Position numbers and translations under genes: made by a program. From a virus, in IMG/VR virus record IMGVR_UViG_3300037486_000582, positions 1-64,000 of that record: a stretch of 64,000 bases of DNA. One strand, given 5' to 3'. The notes under the pieces were generated by a model. It was not told the origin of the DNA. It saw nothing but the letters and a program-made list of their open reading frames with translations, and searched no databases. Positions 39,562 to 49,135 of this stretch are shown one piece after another (within the stretch, counting starts at the first letter, position 1; each line of letters opens with the position of its first letter).

Positions 39562-40191
39562 TCAGTCGGCGTCGAAGACTTCGGCCATGAGCGTCTGGAC
39601 CATCTCACGCTTCGCCAGCCGCGTGTCGAGCGAGACGCCGTGCTCGGCGCCGAAGGCGACGATGTCCGCCTTCGTCATCATCGCCCACTCCGGGACGACG
39701 GGCCGCTCCTTCTGACGGACGTGCGCGGACTTCAAGATGCCCTTGTCCGCCGGCTTCGGCGGCTCCGTCACCGAGGCCATCGCCTGCGGCATCATCGCGG
39801 CGACCGCTGCTCGCGCGGCGGTGGCCTCGTCGACCTCCTTCGCACGGAGCCCGTCGAACCTGGACGGGAGGCGCTCGCCTTCCTTCTTGGGCGGCGGGCT
39901 CGGCGCCGGTGGCTGGAACGCGACCATCGCGGCGAGAGCAGCCGCGCCCGGCCCGCCGACCGCCTCGGCCAGCTCCTGTCGCACGATGTCCCGCCACCTC
40001 CCGTCGTCCCGGACGACCTGAAAGAACGGAGCACCGGACCCCTGCTTGAGCGGCTCCACGGTGGACGCGATCGATTCGTCGACCTCGTACCAGCGGTCGG
40101 CCTCGAACAGCTGCCCGCCGAGCGTCAGCCTACGCGCGAGCGCCCCTGTCGCCTTGTGGTACGGCGACAGCCGAATGCGAACCGTTGCCAT
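39562..40191 (-). CDS. Hypothetical protein with Rho-N/HeH-like C-terminal motif
   Basis: MTKADIVAFGAEHGVSLDTRLAKREMVQTL; common downstream of capsid genes. Confidence 0.6.
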   Translation of the reverse strand: MATVRIRLSPYHKATGALARRLTLGGQLFEADRWYEVDESIASTVEPLKQGSGAPFFQVVRDDGRWRDIVRQELAEAVGGPGAAALAAMVAFQPPAPSPPPKKEGERLPSRFDGLRAKEVDEATAARAAVAAMMPQAMASVTEPPKPADKGILKSAHVRQKERPVVPEWAMMTKADIVAFGAEHGVSLDTRLAKREMVQTLMAEVFDAD

Positions 40192-40250
40192 GACTCCTCC
40201 TCTCTGCGGCCGTGGCCGTAGACTTCCCCGAGGTTATTGGGCCACCTGAG

Positions 40251-40637
40251 CTAGCCCTTGATCGTGCGAACCGACGCCGGACGCGGAGCGAGCAGCACAC
40301 GCGCCTTCGTGACGGCGTCCGCCGCCGCGAAGGTCAGCTTGGGCACACCGGCCGTGAACTCGGCCCGCACCTGCCCGGCGGCCGCCGCCGAGTAGGAGAT
40401 GGCCTTCACGCCGACGGAGCCGGCGACCGTCGCCTCGACGGCGATAGGGACGCCCGGAACCGTGAGCTGGAGGACGTGGGTGGCCACGTTCAGCTCTGCG
40501 CTCCAGGCCGACAGGCCACCGGCGAGCTCGCCGAGGTCGTCGGCGACGGCGCGCAGCGTCTCGGCCAGGTCGGGGTCTCCGTGACCGGGCTGGAGCCCGA
40601 CGCCACCGGCCCCGAAGTCCTTCTTGATGGTCGTCAT
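40251..40637 (-). CDS. Putative head decoration protein
   Basis: 128 aa; SD GGAGG; downstream of the capsid gene. Confidence 0.55.
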   Translation of the reverse strand: MTTIKKDFGAGGVGLQPGHGDPDLAETLRAVADDLGELAGGLSAWSAELNVATHVLQLTVPGVPIAVEATVAGSVGVKAISYSAAAAGQVRAEFTAGVPKLTFAAADAVTKARVLLAPRPASVRTIKG

Positions 40638-40646
40638 GGGGACCTC

Positions 40647-40979
40647 CTACTCGCCGATCCAGAGGACGACGACGTTGTCGTGCCCGCTGAGATCGGTCGC
40701 GGGGGCGACCTCCGCCGCCGGTGCTCCGCTGCCGTTGGCGTAGCACTTCAGCGTCGGCGTCCCGGTCACGTCCACGATGCGGAACCACCTGAGGGTGGCG
40801 CCGTCGTAGTGCGGGACGTACGGGCTGTGGATGACCTCGACCCCGTTCGGCAGGTTCGCCTTCACGGAGTATCCGCCCGCGGGGTACGAGCTGTCCGGGC
40901 TGGCGTCGAGCCGGCCAGCCATGATGGGCGCGGAAGGCTGCGAGCCGCCCTGCCGCGTGCTGTTGACGACGAGTGCCAT
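40647..40979 (-). CDS. Putative head decoration protein
   Basis: 110 aa; SYPAGGY and EVAPATDLS motifs. Confidence 0.55.
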   Translation of the reverse strand: MALVVNSTRQGGSQPSAPIMAGRLDASPDSSYPAGGYSVKANLPNGVEVIHSPYVPHYDGATLRWFRIVDVTGTPTLKCYANGSGAPAAEVAPATDLSGHDNVVVLWIGE

Positions 40980-41089
40980 GTCAGACCTCCATCGGTACGG
41001 GGCCGACGCCTATGAAGACGCCGGCCCCGGCCCACTCACTCCCCAAGCAGCGCGGCCGCGGAGCAGTCCGCAACCACGCCGGCCGTGGC

Positions 41090-42022
41090 TCAGACCGCGA
41101 CCACTCCCGTCGCCTTCACGACCGCCGGCTCGTGCGCGAAGCGGAAGTCCACTCGCGCCGTGACGACGATGATGAAGACGCCCGCCGACACGTCGCGGTC
41201 GGTGTCGATGCGGATCTGACGCCACACGCCGAAGAGCATGTTGGCCGGGTCCGTCATCAGGACGACCGTCTCGTTCGTGCCGCCGCCCAGGTTGGTCGGG
41301 AACACGGGCACGCCCATGACCTCGATCCCCTGGAACGGCCGGGACTGGAGCCCCGTGACCTGCTCGTCGCCGAGCAGCGTGGCGCGGTCGCCGAGGTGCT
41401 CCTGGTAGTCGATGTCGGCCTCGTCCGCGGTGAGGAAGCGGAGGGTCCGCTTGTCCCGCCGGAACTCGGACGGCATCGTCTTCAGGATGTCCTTCAGCAC
41501 GGACCGCTGGAGCGTCGCCCCGCCCGCGAGCACGGTGTTCGTCACGGCGCGGACGATGAACCCGTTGAGCGTCTTCAGCAGGTCGTCGGTGGACGAGGTG
41601 TCGCCGTTGAACGCGAGGTCCTCCAGGTCGAGCCCGATGCGCTCGGCCATGGTCGCCCGCACGGTCGACTCGAACGTCCCGCGTTCGATGCTGTCCTCCA
41701 GTGCTTCGAAGCTGATGCGCGTTTCCGCCTTCACCAGCTGAGCGTCCAGCTCCACCTTGGACGTGTCGGGCACGGAGCGCTGGCCCAGAGGCAGCGACTG
41801 CGCCTCCGTTCCCTTGCGCAGCGCGCGGCTGCCGTACCGAATCTTCTCCCTGAGCTCCTTCGGCGCGTTCATGTCGACACGCGTCATCTGCGGCATCACG
41901 ACTGCCTGGTCGATTGCCAGCTGGATGAAGCGGTCGGCCTGGGCGGGCTCGAGAAGACCGCCGGGCGCGAGGTTGGCCAGGAGGAAGTCCGCCTTCTGGA
42001 CGATGTCTCTGTTGTCCTGCAT
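41090..42022 (-). CDS. Major capsid protein (HK97 fold)
   Basis: Start moved to ATG 42022; GGLLEPAQADRFI, LEDSIE, DLEDLAFNGD and MPSEFR motifs. Confidence 0.9.
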   Translation of the reverse strand: MQDNRDIVQKADFLLANLAPGGLLEPAQADRFIQLAIDQAVVMPQMTRVDMNAPKELREKIRYGSRALRKGTEAQSLPLGQRSVPDTSKVELDAQLVKAETRISFEALEDSIERGTFESTVRATMAERIGLDLEDLAFNGDTSSTDDLLKTLNGFIVRAVTNTVLAGGATLQRSVLKDILKTMPSEFRRDKRTLRFLTADEADIDYQEHLGDRATLLGDEQVTGLQSRPFQGIEVMGVPVFPTNLGGGTNETVVLMTDPANMLFGVWRQIRIDTDRDVSAGVFIIVVTARVDFRFAHEPAVVKATGVVAV

Positions 42023-42035
42023 GGCTCCTTCTCCC

Positions 42036-43448
42036 TCACATGATCCACGGTCCGCCGCGGCGCCCGCTGCGAGACCTGTCCGTCGAGCCGTCGCCCTTCC
42101 CCTGCGTCGGCGCCTCACTCCTGCTCGCCGGTGCCTCGGGCGCGGCGGCGAGCGTCCTCTCCATGGTGTCCAGCCGCTTCATGACGGCCGTCATCGGATC
42201 GTCGGTCGGGCCGTCCTTGGCCGCCTTGTCGGCGGTCGGGCCGGAACCGACGTTGCCCAGGTTGCCGCCCTCGCGGGCGGGCGGGCTCGGCTGCGTCTCG
42301 GCGGATCGCTTCGCCGTGTCGGCCGTCGCTGTGACCGGCGTCGCGGCGTCGGCCAGAGCAGCGCCCGGTGTCTCGTCGCCGGCCGTGCCCTCGGTCTGCT
42401 CCAGCATCGCGAAGATGGGGCGGAGCGCGGCGAGGACACGCATGAGGCGCGACGGGCCGACCGCCTTCGACACGGTCTCGAGCTCGTCGTCGGAAAGCCC
42501 GGTGAGCGACTTGGCGACCCCGGCCACCTGATTGCGGATGGACACGAGCTCGTCCGGGGTCGTCGCTTCGGCGATCCGCGTGATGGCCTGGGCGATCACA
42601 GCGAGCTTGTCACCTGCCTCGCTCCCGACCCGCGAGAGCTTGGTGTCCATCTCCTTGTGGGACTCCTGCTCCGCCGGAGCAGCCAGCACCGCCCCCGCCT
42701 CGGCGACGACCGGCGGAGCTACCGCCGTTGCTGTCTCCGTGGCCTTCTCGCTCGTCGCGCTCTCCTTCTCCATCTCGACGGCTCCGCTCGGGGCAGCTCC
42801 AGCCGTCGGCTGCGGATACCGCTCCGCCAGCGCGTTCAGTTGAGCTGCCAGGTTACGGACGGCAGCCAGGGTGGCACCGTCCAGGGTTTCCGCGCCGGAC
42901 GCGCGCTGCGCGATCTCGCTCGCCGTGGCCGCGATCGTGGAGAGCGCCTGCGCCACCGCGCCACCGGCCTTCTCCGCCATCGCCGCCTCTCCCGGCTCTG
43001 CTGCCGCGCCGTCGCTCATGGGCGAAGGATACCGCGAGAGCGCCCCGCGCAGAAGGTCCGAGATCGTCTGGACCTCGGTGGCCAGTTCCGCGGGGACCGG
43101 CTGCGCGTTCGCTTCCGCCGTCTCCTGCGCGCCGCGGATCATGTTGCCGATGGACACGAGGCGCTCCGTCGCCTCGGTGACGACGCGCATCAGCCCTTCC
43201 TTCACCGGCGTCGGGAGCGACAACTCGGCCTTGGCGGTCGGCTGCTCCTCGGCTGCCCTGCTGTCTCCCTCCATGGTCCCTCCGTGCTTCACCACTAGGA
43301 ATCGGCGACGGTTCGCAGCTCGGTCAACCAGCGAGACCTCCTCAACGAGTATCTCGCTGAGCCGGTGCTGTGCTTCCACTGGGTCCAGCCCGAGGAAGAT
43401 GCGCGCCACTTCCAGCGCGTGATCGAGCTTGCTGATGTCCACGAGCAC
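42036..43448 (-). CDS. Capsid scaffold-like protein with an N-terminal protease-type EVSLVDxxAN motif
   Basis: RLSEILVEEVSLVDRAAN followed by an Ala/Glu-rich helical region; immediately precedes the capsid gene. Confidence 0.7.
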   Translation of the reverse strand: MLVDISKLDHALEVARIFLGLDPVEAQHRLSEILVEEVSLVDRAANRRRFLVVKHGGTMEGDSRAAEEQPTAKAELSLPTPVKEGLMRVVTEATERLVSIGNMIRGAQETAEANAQPVPAELATEVQTISDLLRGALSRYPSPMSDGAAAEPGEAAMAEKAGGAVAQALSTIAATASEIAQRASGAETLDGATLAAVRNLAAQLNALAERYPQPTAGAAPSGAVEMEKESATSEKATETATAVAPPVVAEAGAVLAAPAEQESHKEMDTKLSRVGSEAGDKLAVIAQAITRIAEATTPDELVSIRNQVAGVAKSLTGLSDDELETVSKAVGPSRLMRVLAALRPIFAMLEQTEGTAGDETPGAALADAATPVTATADTAKRSAETQPSPPAREGGNLGNVGSGPTADKAAKDGPTDDPMTAVMKRLDTMERTLAAAPEAPASRSEAPTQGKGDGSTDRSRSGRRGGPWIM

Positions 43449-43459
43449 AGACTATACCC

Positions 43460-46400
43460 CTACGGAGCCTCAGGTCCAAGGGCTTCGCGCAACGCGGTTC
43501 CACCCATGCTGTAGCCGGTGAACGCGCCAGCCTTCACCGCAGCCCACACGTCGTCGTTCTTGACACGGGTGGCCAGGAACCACGTTCCCACGGGAAATGA
43601 CTCGCCGCCGTGCTCCTCGACGCGCTTGGAAAGGTAGCTCTCGATGGGGATGACGCCTTCCACGGGCTTCCCCTTGTGCATCACCTTCACCTTCCCGCCA
43701 AAGTGCTCCAGGAACGAATGAGCAGCCTTCTCGACCTCCTTCGCGCTGTAGACGTCGCCCTGCGCGTCGACCTCGTCTGGCACCAGAACGACGCCAAAGA
43801 CGTACCGCTCCTCTGTCTCGGGCGACTCGGCCTTCAGCAGCCGCACCGCGCGCTCGAGCTTGTGGAGCTTCGCGACGGGCTCGCCGCCGCGCACGAGCTC
43901 GCCGGGCCGGAGCAACCCGCGCACGTCCTCAGTCGACGACGGGGCGGCCCCGGGAATAATCTCGAGTGCCTCGGCCGGGCCGAACCACCTGACACGCCGC
44001 GGCGGCCCATCTTCCCAGAGGAGCTCCAGCAACTGGACCAAGATCGTGTCGCCGACGTTCGCGTCGAGCTTCTTGTTCCCGGTGCGCCCCACGGTGACGT
44101 AGGTCTTTCCGTCGTGCTCGACCGGCTCCGCCCACCCTGCGGCGTCACCCGCTGGGATCGGCCCCACGGCCCCGACGAAGTCGTAGACCCCGGGCGAGCC
44201 CTTCACCTCATGCCGGCCGACGACCAGCGCACGCAGCTCGCGTGTCAGCTTCACCTTCGCCCAGAGGTCGTTCTCTCCGCCAAGACTGTACGTGCTCCCG
44301 AACTGCTTGAGCAGCGCGCCTTCGCTCCCCGGCTGAGCCTTCGCCCATTCCATGCTGCGCACGAGCTGGCTTCTGGTCTTGGCCATGCGTCGCGGCGCGA
44401 GGATGAACCGCTCCCCGAGCTTCTGGCCTGCCCACCACCGCTCGAGCAGCCGCCGCCGCTGAGCCAACGGGACGGCCGTGAGGTTCCCTTGTGGACTGAG
44501 GTACAGCGCGTCGAAGACGACGAAGCGCAGGGCGCTGTCGTCGGCTGGCCCGGTCCCGCGAAAGCGCGCCAGCTCCCGCCGTGGCAGGAAGTTACCCTTG
44601 GCGTCCACGCCCATGATCTCGCCGTCGAGGATGAAGTTGCCTCCGACCTTCCGCAAGTCTGCCGTGAGCCCAGGAAGAACGGAGGAGAGGTCGCGCTTCC
44701 TGTCCTCCGTGAAGACAAGCACACCGCCGTCCTCCACGCCGGGAGCCACACCGGCGTCCCAGGACTCAGCAACGGCGCGGAAGCCGTTGTACTTGGGCTC
44801 GACCTGGACTCCGTCACGGACGAGCTGGTCCGTGAAGACGGTCCGCGCCGCGAGGTCGGCGTCGGTGAACGTGGACGTCTCGCGTTTCGCCGGCTTCATC
44901 GGCTGGAACAGGGCTGGCGGACGGAGCAACGTGCGGTCGCCGCCCTTGTCGTCGGTATCGTCGATGTCGGCCGGGTCCCACACCTGTGTTCCATCTGACT
45001 GGACGCGGAATCGCTTCTCGGCCGGCTCCACCGGAGTGCTGCTCACGGTGCCGTTCGCGAGCGCGTGGACGTGCGTGTTGCCGCGCAACGCCGGGCCGCC
45101 GGTGCGCCCAGCGTCGGCGAGGCCGTGGACGTGCGCCTGGCCGCCGCGTTCGGTTGTCGTAACCCCGCCGCCGGGCAGCCGGTGGCTGTGACCTTGTGCC
45201 TCCGTCTGCTTCGGAATGGCGCGCCGCGGGTCGGACCCCGGGCTGAACTGGAACAGGTCTGAGTCGACCTCCTCAGCGACGAGCGTGAACAATCCCTTGA
45301 GCCGCTGACCGCCGAGCCGGAACTTCAGGAACGCGCGCTGGGCGTCGAGGAGGTCGGCGCGACCGCTGTCGATCCGCTGGATGCCGGACGCCGTGTTCTT
45401 CGTATCGTTCAGCGCCAGCCCGGCGACGCGCGTCCCTGGAGCCACGTCGCCTTCGAAGTTGAGCAGCGCGTTGCCGGCCTCCTGTCTGACGCCGGCAATG
45501 ACCTCCTCACCCGAGAGCGGATCGCGCTGGAGCTGGAAGTCCCACACCCCGGAGCCGTCCGGTTTCCCCAGGACCAGGTGCCACACCTGACGACTCGGCG
45601 CCGCACGGACGACGGTCTGTCCCTTCCACCACTGCCAGAGCAGCGCGAAGGGCACGCGCTCCTGTTTCGCGACGGGCTCCGTCTCTTCTTCCTCCGGGTC
45701 GTACCCCTCTCGGAGAACCTTCCGCTCGCTCCTGCGGTACTGGAACTCCCCATCGAGGACGACGTTCTCCTCCGTGAAGAAGCGGGCGTCCACGAGCGCG
45801 TCTCGGATGCGCCGCGCCTCGGCCTCACTGTCCGCGAGCCAGAACCTGTACTCCCGCGGCGTCGCCTGCATGAGCGTCGTAGGCATCCCGCTCTGCCCAA
45901 GCGGGGGCATCGTCTCGTTGTCGACGGAGTGCCGGCGCAACACGCCGGGGAGCAGCACCTTGTTGAACCCGCCCGTCCAGAAGGTTTCGCCCTCCTGCGC
46001 GACGCCTTCCTCCATTGGCTGGTCCCCGCCTTCCAGCATCCGGAAGGTCAGCGTCCCACTGAACTTCGGGTCACCCGTGAGGAAGTACTCGTGCGAGAAC
46101 GGCTTCTGCAGTCCCCACTCCGCCTGCGGTGTCGCCACCTCGACGTAGACCCCGGGCTCGTTCCGCGTCGCCCCGACCCCGCCCGGCTCCACGACGACGT
46201 CGCCGAGGTCAAGCCAGACAGTCGGCTGCCGGCTCTTGGCCGCCGCGAAGATCCGGTCCGGGAGCATCATCGGCTTGGTGTAGCGGCTGCCGGCCACGTC
46301 GAAGGCGTCGGCAATGACGCGCGCCTCGGCAACCGTGTTGACCTCGGGGACGGCCCCAGCCTTCTGGAGCGCCATGGTCCAGCCGACCAGGAAGTCCTTC

Positions 46401-49135
46401 ACCTGCATTCGGAGGTCGGCGTGCAGCGTCTTCCCGCGGAAGTGGAACTGCATCACGGCCGGCCGCTTGCCGGGCGCGTCGGGCCAGTCTTGAAGCGGGT
46501 CGTCCTGCTTCGCTGTGAGTGCCATCTCCTTGACGGTTCGGTCCTCGTGCGGAACGAGGACCAGGTCGTACAAGGCGACGTGGTTCGTGTACGGGCCGCC
46601 CTGCCCCTCCGTGTGGAACTGCACCCGCTGAGAGAGCCGCGGCCCGAGCGCGCGTCCGAGGCGAAACTTGATGACGTGCTCCGTGTCCGCGTCGAACGGG
46701 CCACGAATCAGAAGGTCGATGTCGTTCTCGCTCTTACCCGCGTTGCAGACCGAGCCGACCAGGTAGACGGCCGGCATCCGCAACGCCATCGGCTTCGACA
46801 GGGCGCCGAGAACCTCGGTCAGCGCGACCGGGTCGTCGGCATGGACAGCGGCCCCTCCGGGATAGATGGGGGCGAACTGCCCGTCTCCATCCACGTCGCC
46901 CTTCGACATGCCCCGCCGGAGCAACGCGGTCGTCTCCTCCGCGAGCGGGTCGACCTCGACGGTCTGCACGTTCCGGCGCTCGAGCTCGCGGAGCAGCATG
47001 ATGTGGGCGTTGACCACGTCCTCCCGCGTGACGCCTTCCGCCCTGGTCGTGCGCGGAGGGAAGGCTCGGGCGAACAGCCTGTGAAGCTCCCTGTCCATGG
47101 AGATGAGCTGCCCGTCCGGCTCCGTCGCGAGCGCCTCCGGGCTCGGGTCGGCGACGAACTCCTGAATCGCCTTGAGCGTCCTGTCGCGAAGGGCATCGTC
47201 GATGGTCAACTGCCTGGACTTCTCGACGTCCCTGTCGAAGTCCACCGTGGCGCCGAACCGCCGGCCGCCGGGCGGCTGCTTCAGCCGAAGCGGTGGCTCG
47301 AACAGCACGACCAGGTTCAAGGGCAGGTACCAGATGCTCTGCTCGGTGGCGAACTCCCTGGCCGAGAACTCGTCGACTCCGGCCCGCTGTTCCGCCGTGA
47401 GCTGCGCCATCGAGTCGATCTGCACCGGGTCGTCCTGAGCAACGACAGCCCAGACGTAAGCTCCGTCGAAGTCCGCTGGCGCGACCTCGTTGACGAGCGC
47501 CTGGGGCTGGCCGACGCGGGTCGTGCGCCGCCGCCTGGAGAGCAGCCCGGCCGTCTGCCCAGCCCGCAGCCTTGCGATGAAGTGCTTCGGGTCCGGCACC
47601 TTGAGCGCCGGAAGCTCTCCGCGCGGCGGCTCGGCCTGCCACACCATGACCGGAACGAGCCCGCGCGACGTGATGACCGCCGCTCCAAGTTCCTCGATGT
47701 CGCCGGACTGGGCAAGGGAACAGACCGCCGGGTCCAGGAACGCTGCCTTCCGCGCCTCGCGAACGACGTCCGCCGCGAGGTCGACGTGCGCGCCCTGGGC
47801 ACGCCCCGCAGGGGCAGCCCGAAGCTGAAGCGGTGGGCTGAACGACCGGACGACTGTGGCCGGGATGTAGAAGAGGCTCTCCGCCTTGGCGAAGTACGCC
47901 TTCGTCTGCTCCGCGACGTGAGCAGCGCGGCCGCCGAGGGCTTCGACGGAAGCCACGCGCTCCGCGTCCCCAAGGGTAGCGACTGCCCAGACGAACGAGT
48001 CGGAGAAGCCCAGCGGCTCCAACTCGTTCACGAGCGCCTGCTGGACCCCGGTGCGCCCGCGCATCGCCGTCGAGGAGAGAACGCCGACAGGCAAGCCCTG
48101 GCGTGCACGCTCGAGCAGGAACCGCGGGTTGGGCACACGCAGCGTCGGGAAGGAGCCGGATTCCGCCATGAAGACCTGGACGTCTCGAACGACGACCTGT
48201 GGGCCAGTCGGAACGTTCGTCTCCAGGGGTTCCGGGAAGGCGGCGACAACCTTGACCGGCCAAGCGTACAGCGGAGCAGCACACCAAGACGGCTGCGCCC
48301 CGCACCATTCGGCGCGGATGGCCTGCGTGATCCTGTGCTCGTCTTCGCGGGCAGCGAACTGCTCATCCGAGAGCTCCGCGACGGTGCCAAGTTCAACGAC
48401 GCCGAGCGCTCGCCTCCCGTTGAGCAGCACGTACCGCGCCTCTCCGATGTCGAGCGGGCGGCTCTTGACGAGCAACGTCTTCTCCCCGGACAGGATGGCC
48501 TCGGCCATGGCCATCGGAGAGACGGCAAGCCCAACGGTCGGAAGATCGTCGTCCTGCTTGCCGAGGCCGACGACGACCCCGGGATGGACCGCTTCGGACA
48601 ACGCGCGCAATGCGGAACGCGCAAGGCTCGTCAGGACGGTCGGGCCGAATCGCAGCGTGTGCGTGTGCTCGCCGTCCATCACCGTTCGCGCGCCGGCGAG
48701 CGCGTGCGGGTGAAGCCCGGCCGTCTCGGTGATCAGTTCGACGCCGTCGCCGAGCGCCACGACGTGGCGGTGCCCGCTTCCAGCCGGAGCAGCCGCCCCG
48801 TCCACGATCTGGTGGGCGTGCGGTCCATCGCTGTTCGTCACGAGCATCGCCCCGGCCGGAAGCGTAACCCGTTCGCCGCCGGCCAGGCCGACGATGGTGG
48901 TCCCGCCGAGGTGGAAGACGTGCTGATGGAGCCCGCCCAGGCCGGTCTCCGTCGTGGACGATACGTCGTGGACGTGGGCGCCGGAGGCACACTCGAGATC
49001 GCCGAGCCTGTGCATCATGTCGATCTGCGTGCGCTCCGCGTCCTTCGCGCGTTCAGCGAGCAGCGCCTCGGCGTTCTTCAGCGCCACGTCCATACGACGC
49101 TCGAGCTCCTCTCGCGGTGTGCAGGCAGCCGTCAT
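43460..49135 (-). CDS. Multidomain protein: HxH repeats, 3 ASCH/PUA-like repeats, Pol-beta-type nucleotidyltransferase, 2 LigD phosphoesterase-like domains, ATP-dependent ligase, XkdF-like prohead protease
   Basis: Start moved to ATG 49135 (ATGA overlap), 1,891 aa. Motifs: GSV...NDIDLL; QFHFRGKTLHADLR; EPKYNGFR, LDGEI, FVVFDAL, EGALLK, WAKVK; VFGVVLVPDEVDAQGD...TGYSMGG. Confidence 0.85.
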   Translation of the reverse strand: MTAACTPREELERRMDVALKNAEALLAERAKDAERTQIDMMHRLGDLECASGAHVHDVSSTTETGLGGLHQHVFHLGGTTIVGLAGGERVTLPAGAMLVTNSDGPHAHQIVDGAAAPAGSGHRHVVALGDGVELITETAGLHPHALAGARTVMDGEHTHTLRFGPTVLTSLARSALRALSEAVHPGVVVGLGKQDDDLPTVGLAVSPMAMAEAILSGEKTLLVKSRPLDIGEARYVLLNGRRALGVVELGTVAELSDEQFAAREDEHRITQAIRAEWCGAQPSWCAAPLYAWPVKVVAAFPEPLETNVPTGPQVVVRDVQVFMAESGSFPTLRVPNPRFLLERARQGLPVGVLSSTAMRGRTGVQQALVNELEPLGFSDSFVWAVATLGDAERVASVEALGGRAAHVAEQTKAYFAKAESLFYIPATVVRSFSPPLQLRAAPAGRAQGAHVDLAADVVREARKAAFLDPAVCSLAQSGDIEELGAAVITSRGLVPVMVWQAEPPRGELPALKVPDPKHFIARLRAGQTAGLLSRRRRTTRVGQPQALVNEVAPADFDGAYVWAVVAQDDPVQIDSMAQLTAEQRAGVDEFSAREFATEQSIWYLPLNLVVLFEPPLRLKQPPGGRRFGATVDFDRDVEKSRQLTIDDALRDRTLKAIQEFVADPSPEALATEPDGQLISMDRELHRLFARAFPPRTTRAEGVTREDVVNAHIMLLRELERRNVQTVEVDPLAEETTALLRRGMSKGDVDGDGQFAPIYPGGAAVHADDPVALTEVLGALSKPMALRMPAVYLVGSVCNAGKSENDIDLLIRGPFDADTEHVIKFRLGRALGPRLSQRVQFHTEGQGGPYTNHVALYDLVLVPHEDRTVKEMALTAKQDDPLQDWPDAPGKRPAVMQFHFRGKTLHADLRMQVKDFLVGWTMALQKAGAVPEVNTVAEARVIADAFDVAGSRYTKPMMLPDRIFAAAKSRQPTVWLDLGDVVVEPGGVGATRNEPGVYVEVATPQAEWGLQKPFSHEYFLTGDPKFSGTLTFRMLEGGDQPMEEGVAQEGETFWTGGFNKVLLPGVLRRHSVDNETMPPLGQSGMPTTLMQATPREYRFWLADSEAEARRIRDALVDARFFTEENVVLDGEFQYRRSERKVLREGYDPEEEETEPVAKQERVPFALLWQWWKGQTVVRAAPSRQVWHLVLGKPDGSGVWDFQLQRDPLSGEEVIAGVRQEAGNALLNFEGDVAPGTRVAGLALNDTKNTASGIQRIDSGRADLLDAQRAFLKFRLGGQRLKGLFTLVAEEVDSDLFQFSPGSDPRRAIPKQTEAQGHSHRLPGGGVTTTERGGQAHVHGLADAGRTGGPALRGNTHVHALANGTVSSTPVEPAEKRFRVQSDGTQVWDPADIDDTDDKGGDRTLLRPPALFQPMKPAKRETSTFTDADLAARTVFTDQLVRDGVQVEPKYNGFRAVAESWDAGVAPGVEDGGVLVFTEDRKRDLSSVLPGLTADLRKVGGNFILDGEIMGVDAKGNFLPRRELARFRGTGPADDSALRFVVFDALYLSPQGNLTAVPLAQRRRLLERWWAGQKLGERFILAPRRMAKTRSQLVRSMEWAKAQPGSEGALLKQFGSTYSLGGENDLWAKVKLTRELRALVVGRHEVKGSPGVYDFVGAVGPIPAGDAAGWAEPVEHDGKTYVTVGRTGNKKLDANVGDTILVQLLELLWEDGPPRRVRWFGPAEALEIIPGAAPSSTEDVRGLLRPGELVRGGEPVAKLHKLERAVRLLKAESPETEERYVFGVVLVPDEVDAQGDVYSAKEVEKAAHSFLEHFGGKVKVMHKGKPVEGVIPIESYLSKRVEEHGGESFPVGTWFLATRVKNDDVWAAVKAGAFTGYSMGGTALREALGPEAP

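Noticed and set aside
43460-49135. Calling the giant gene ligD or assuming a full NHEJ system
   Set aside because: No primase-type polymerase domain and no Ku gene seen; the architecture differs from LigD
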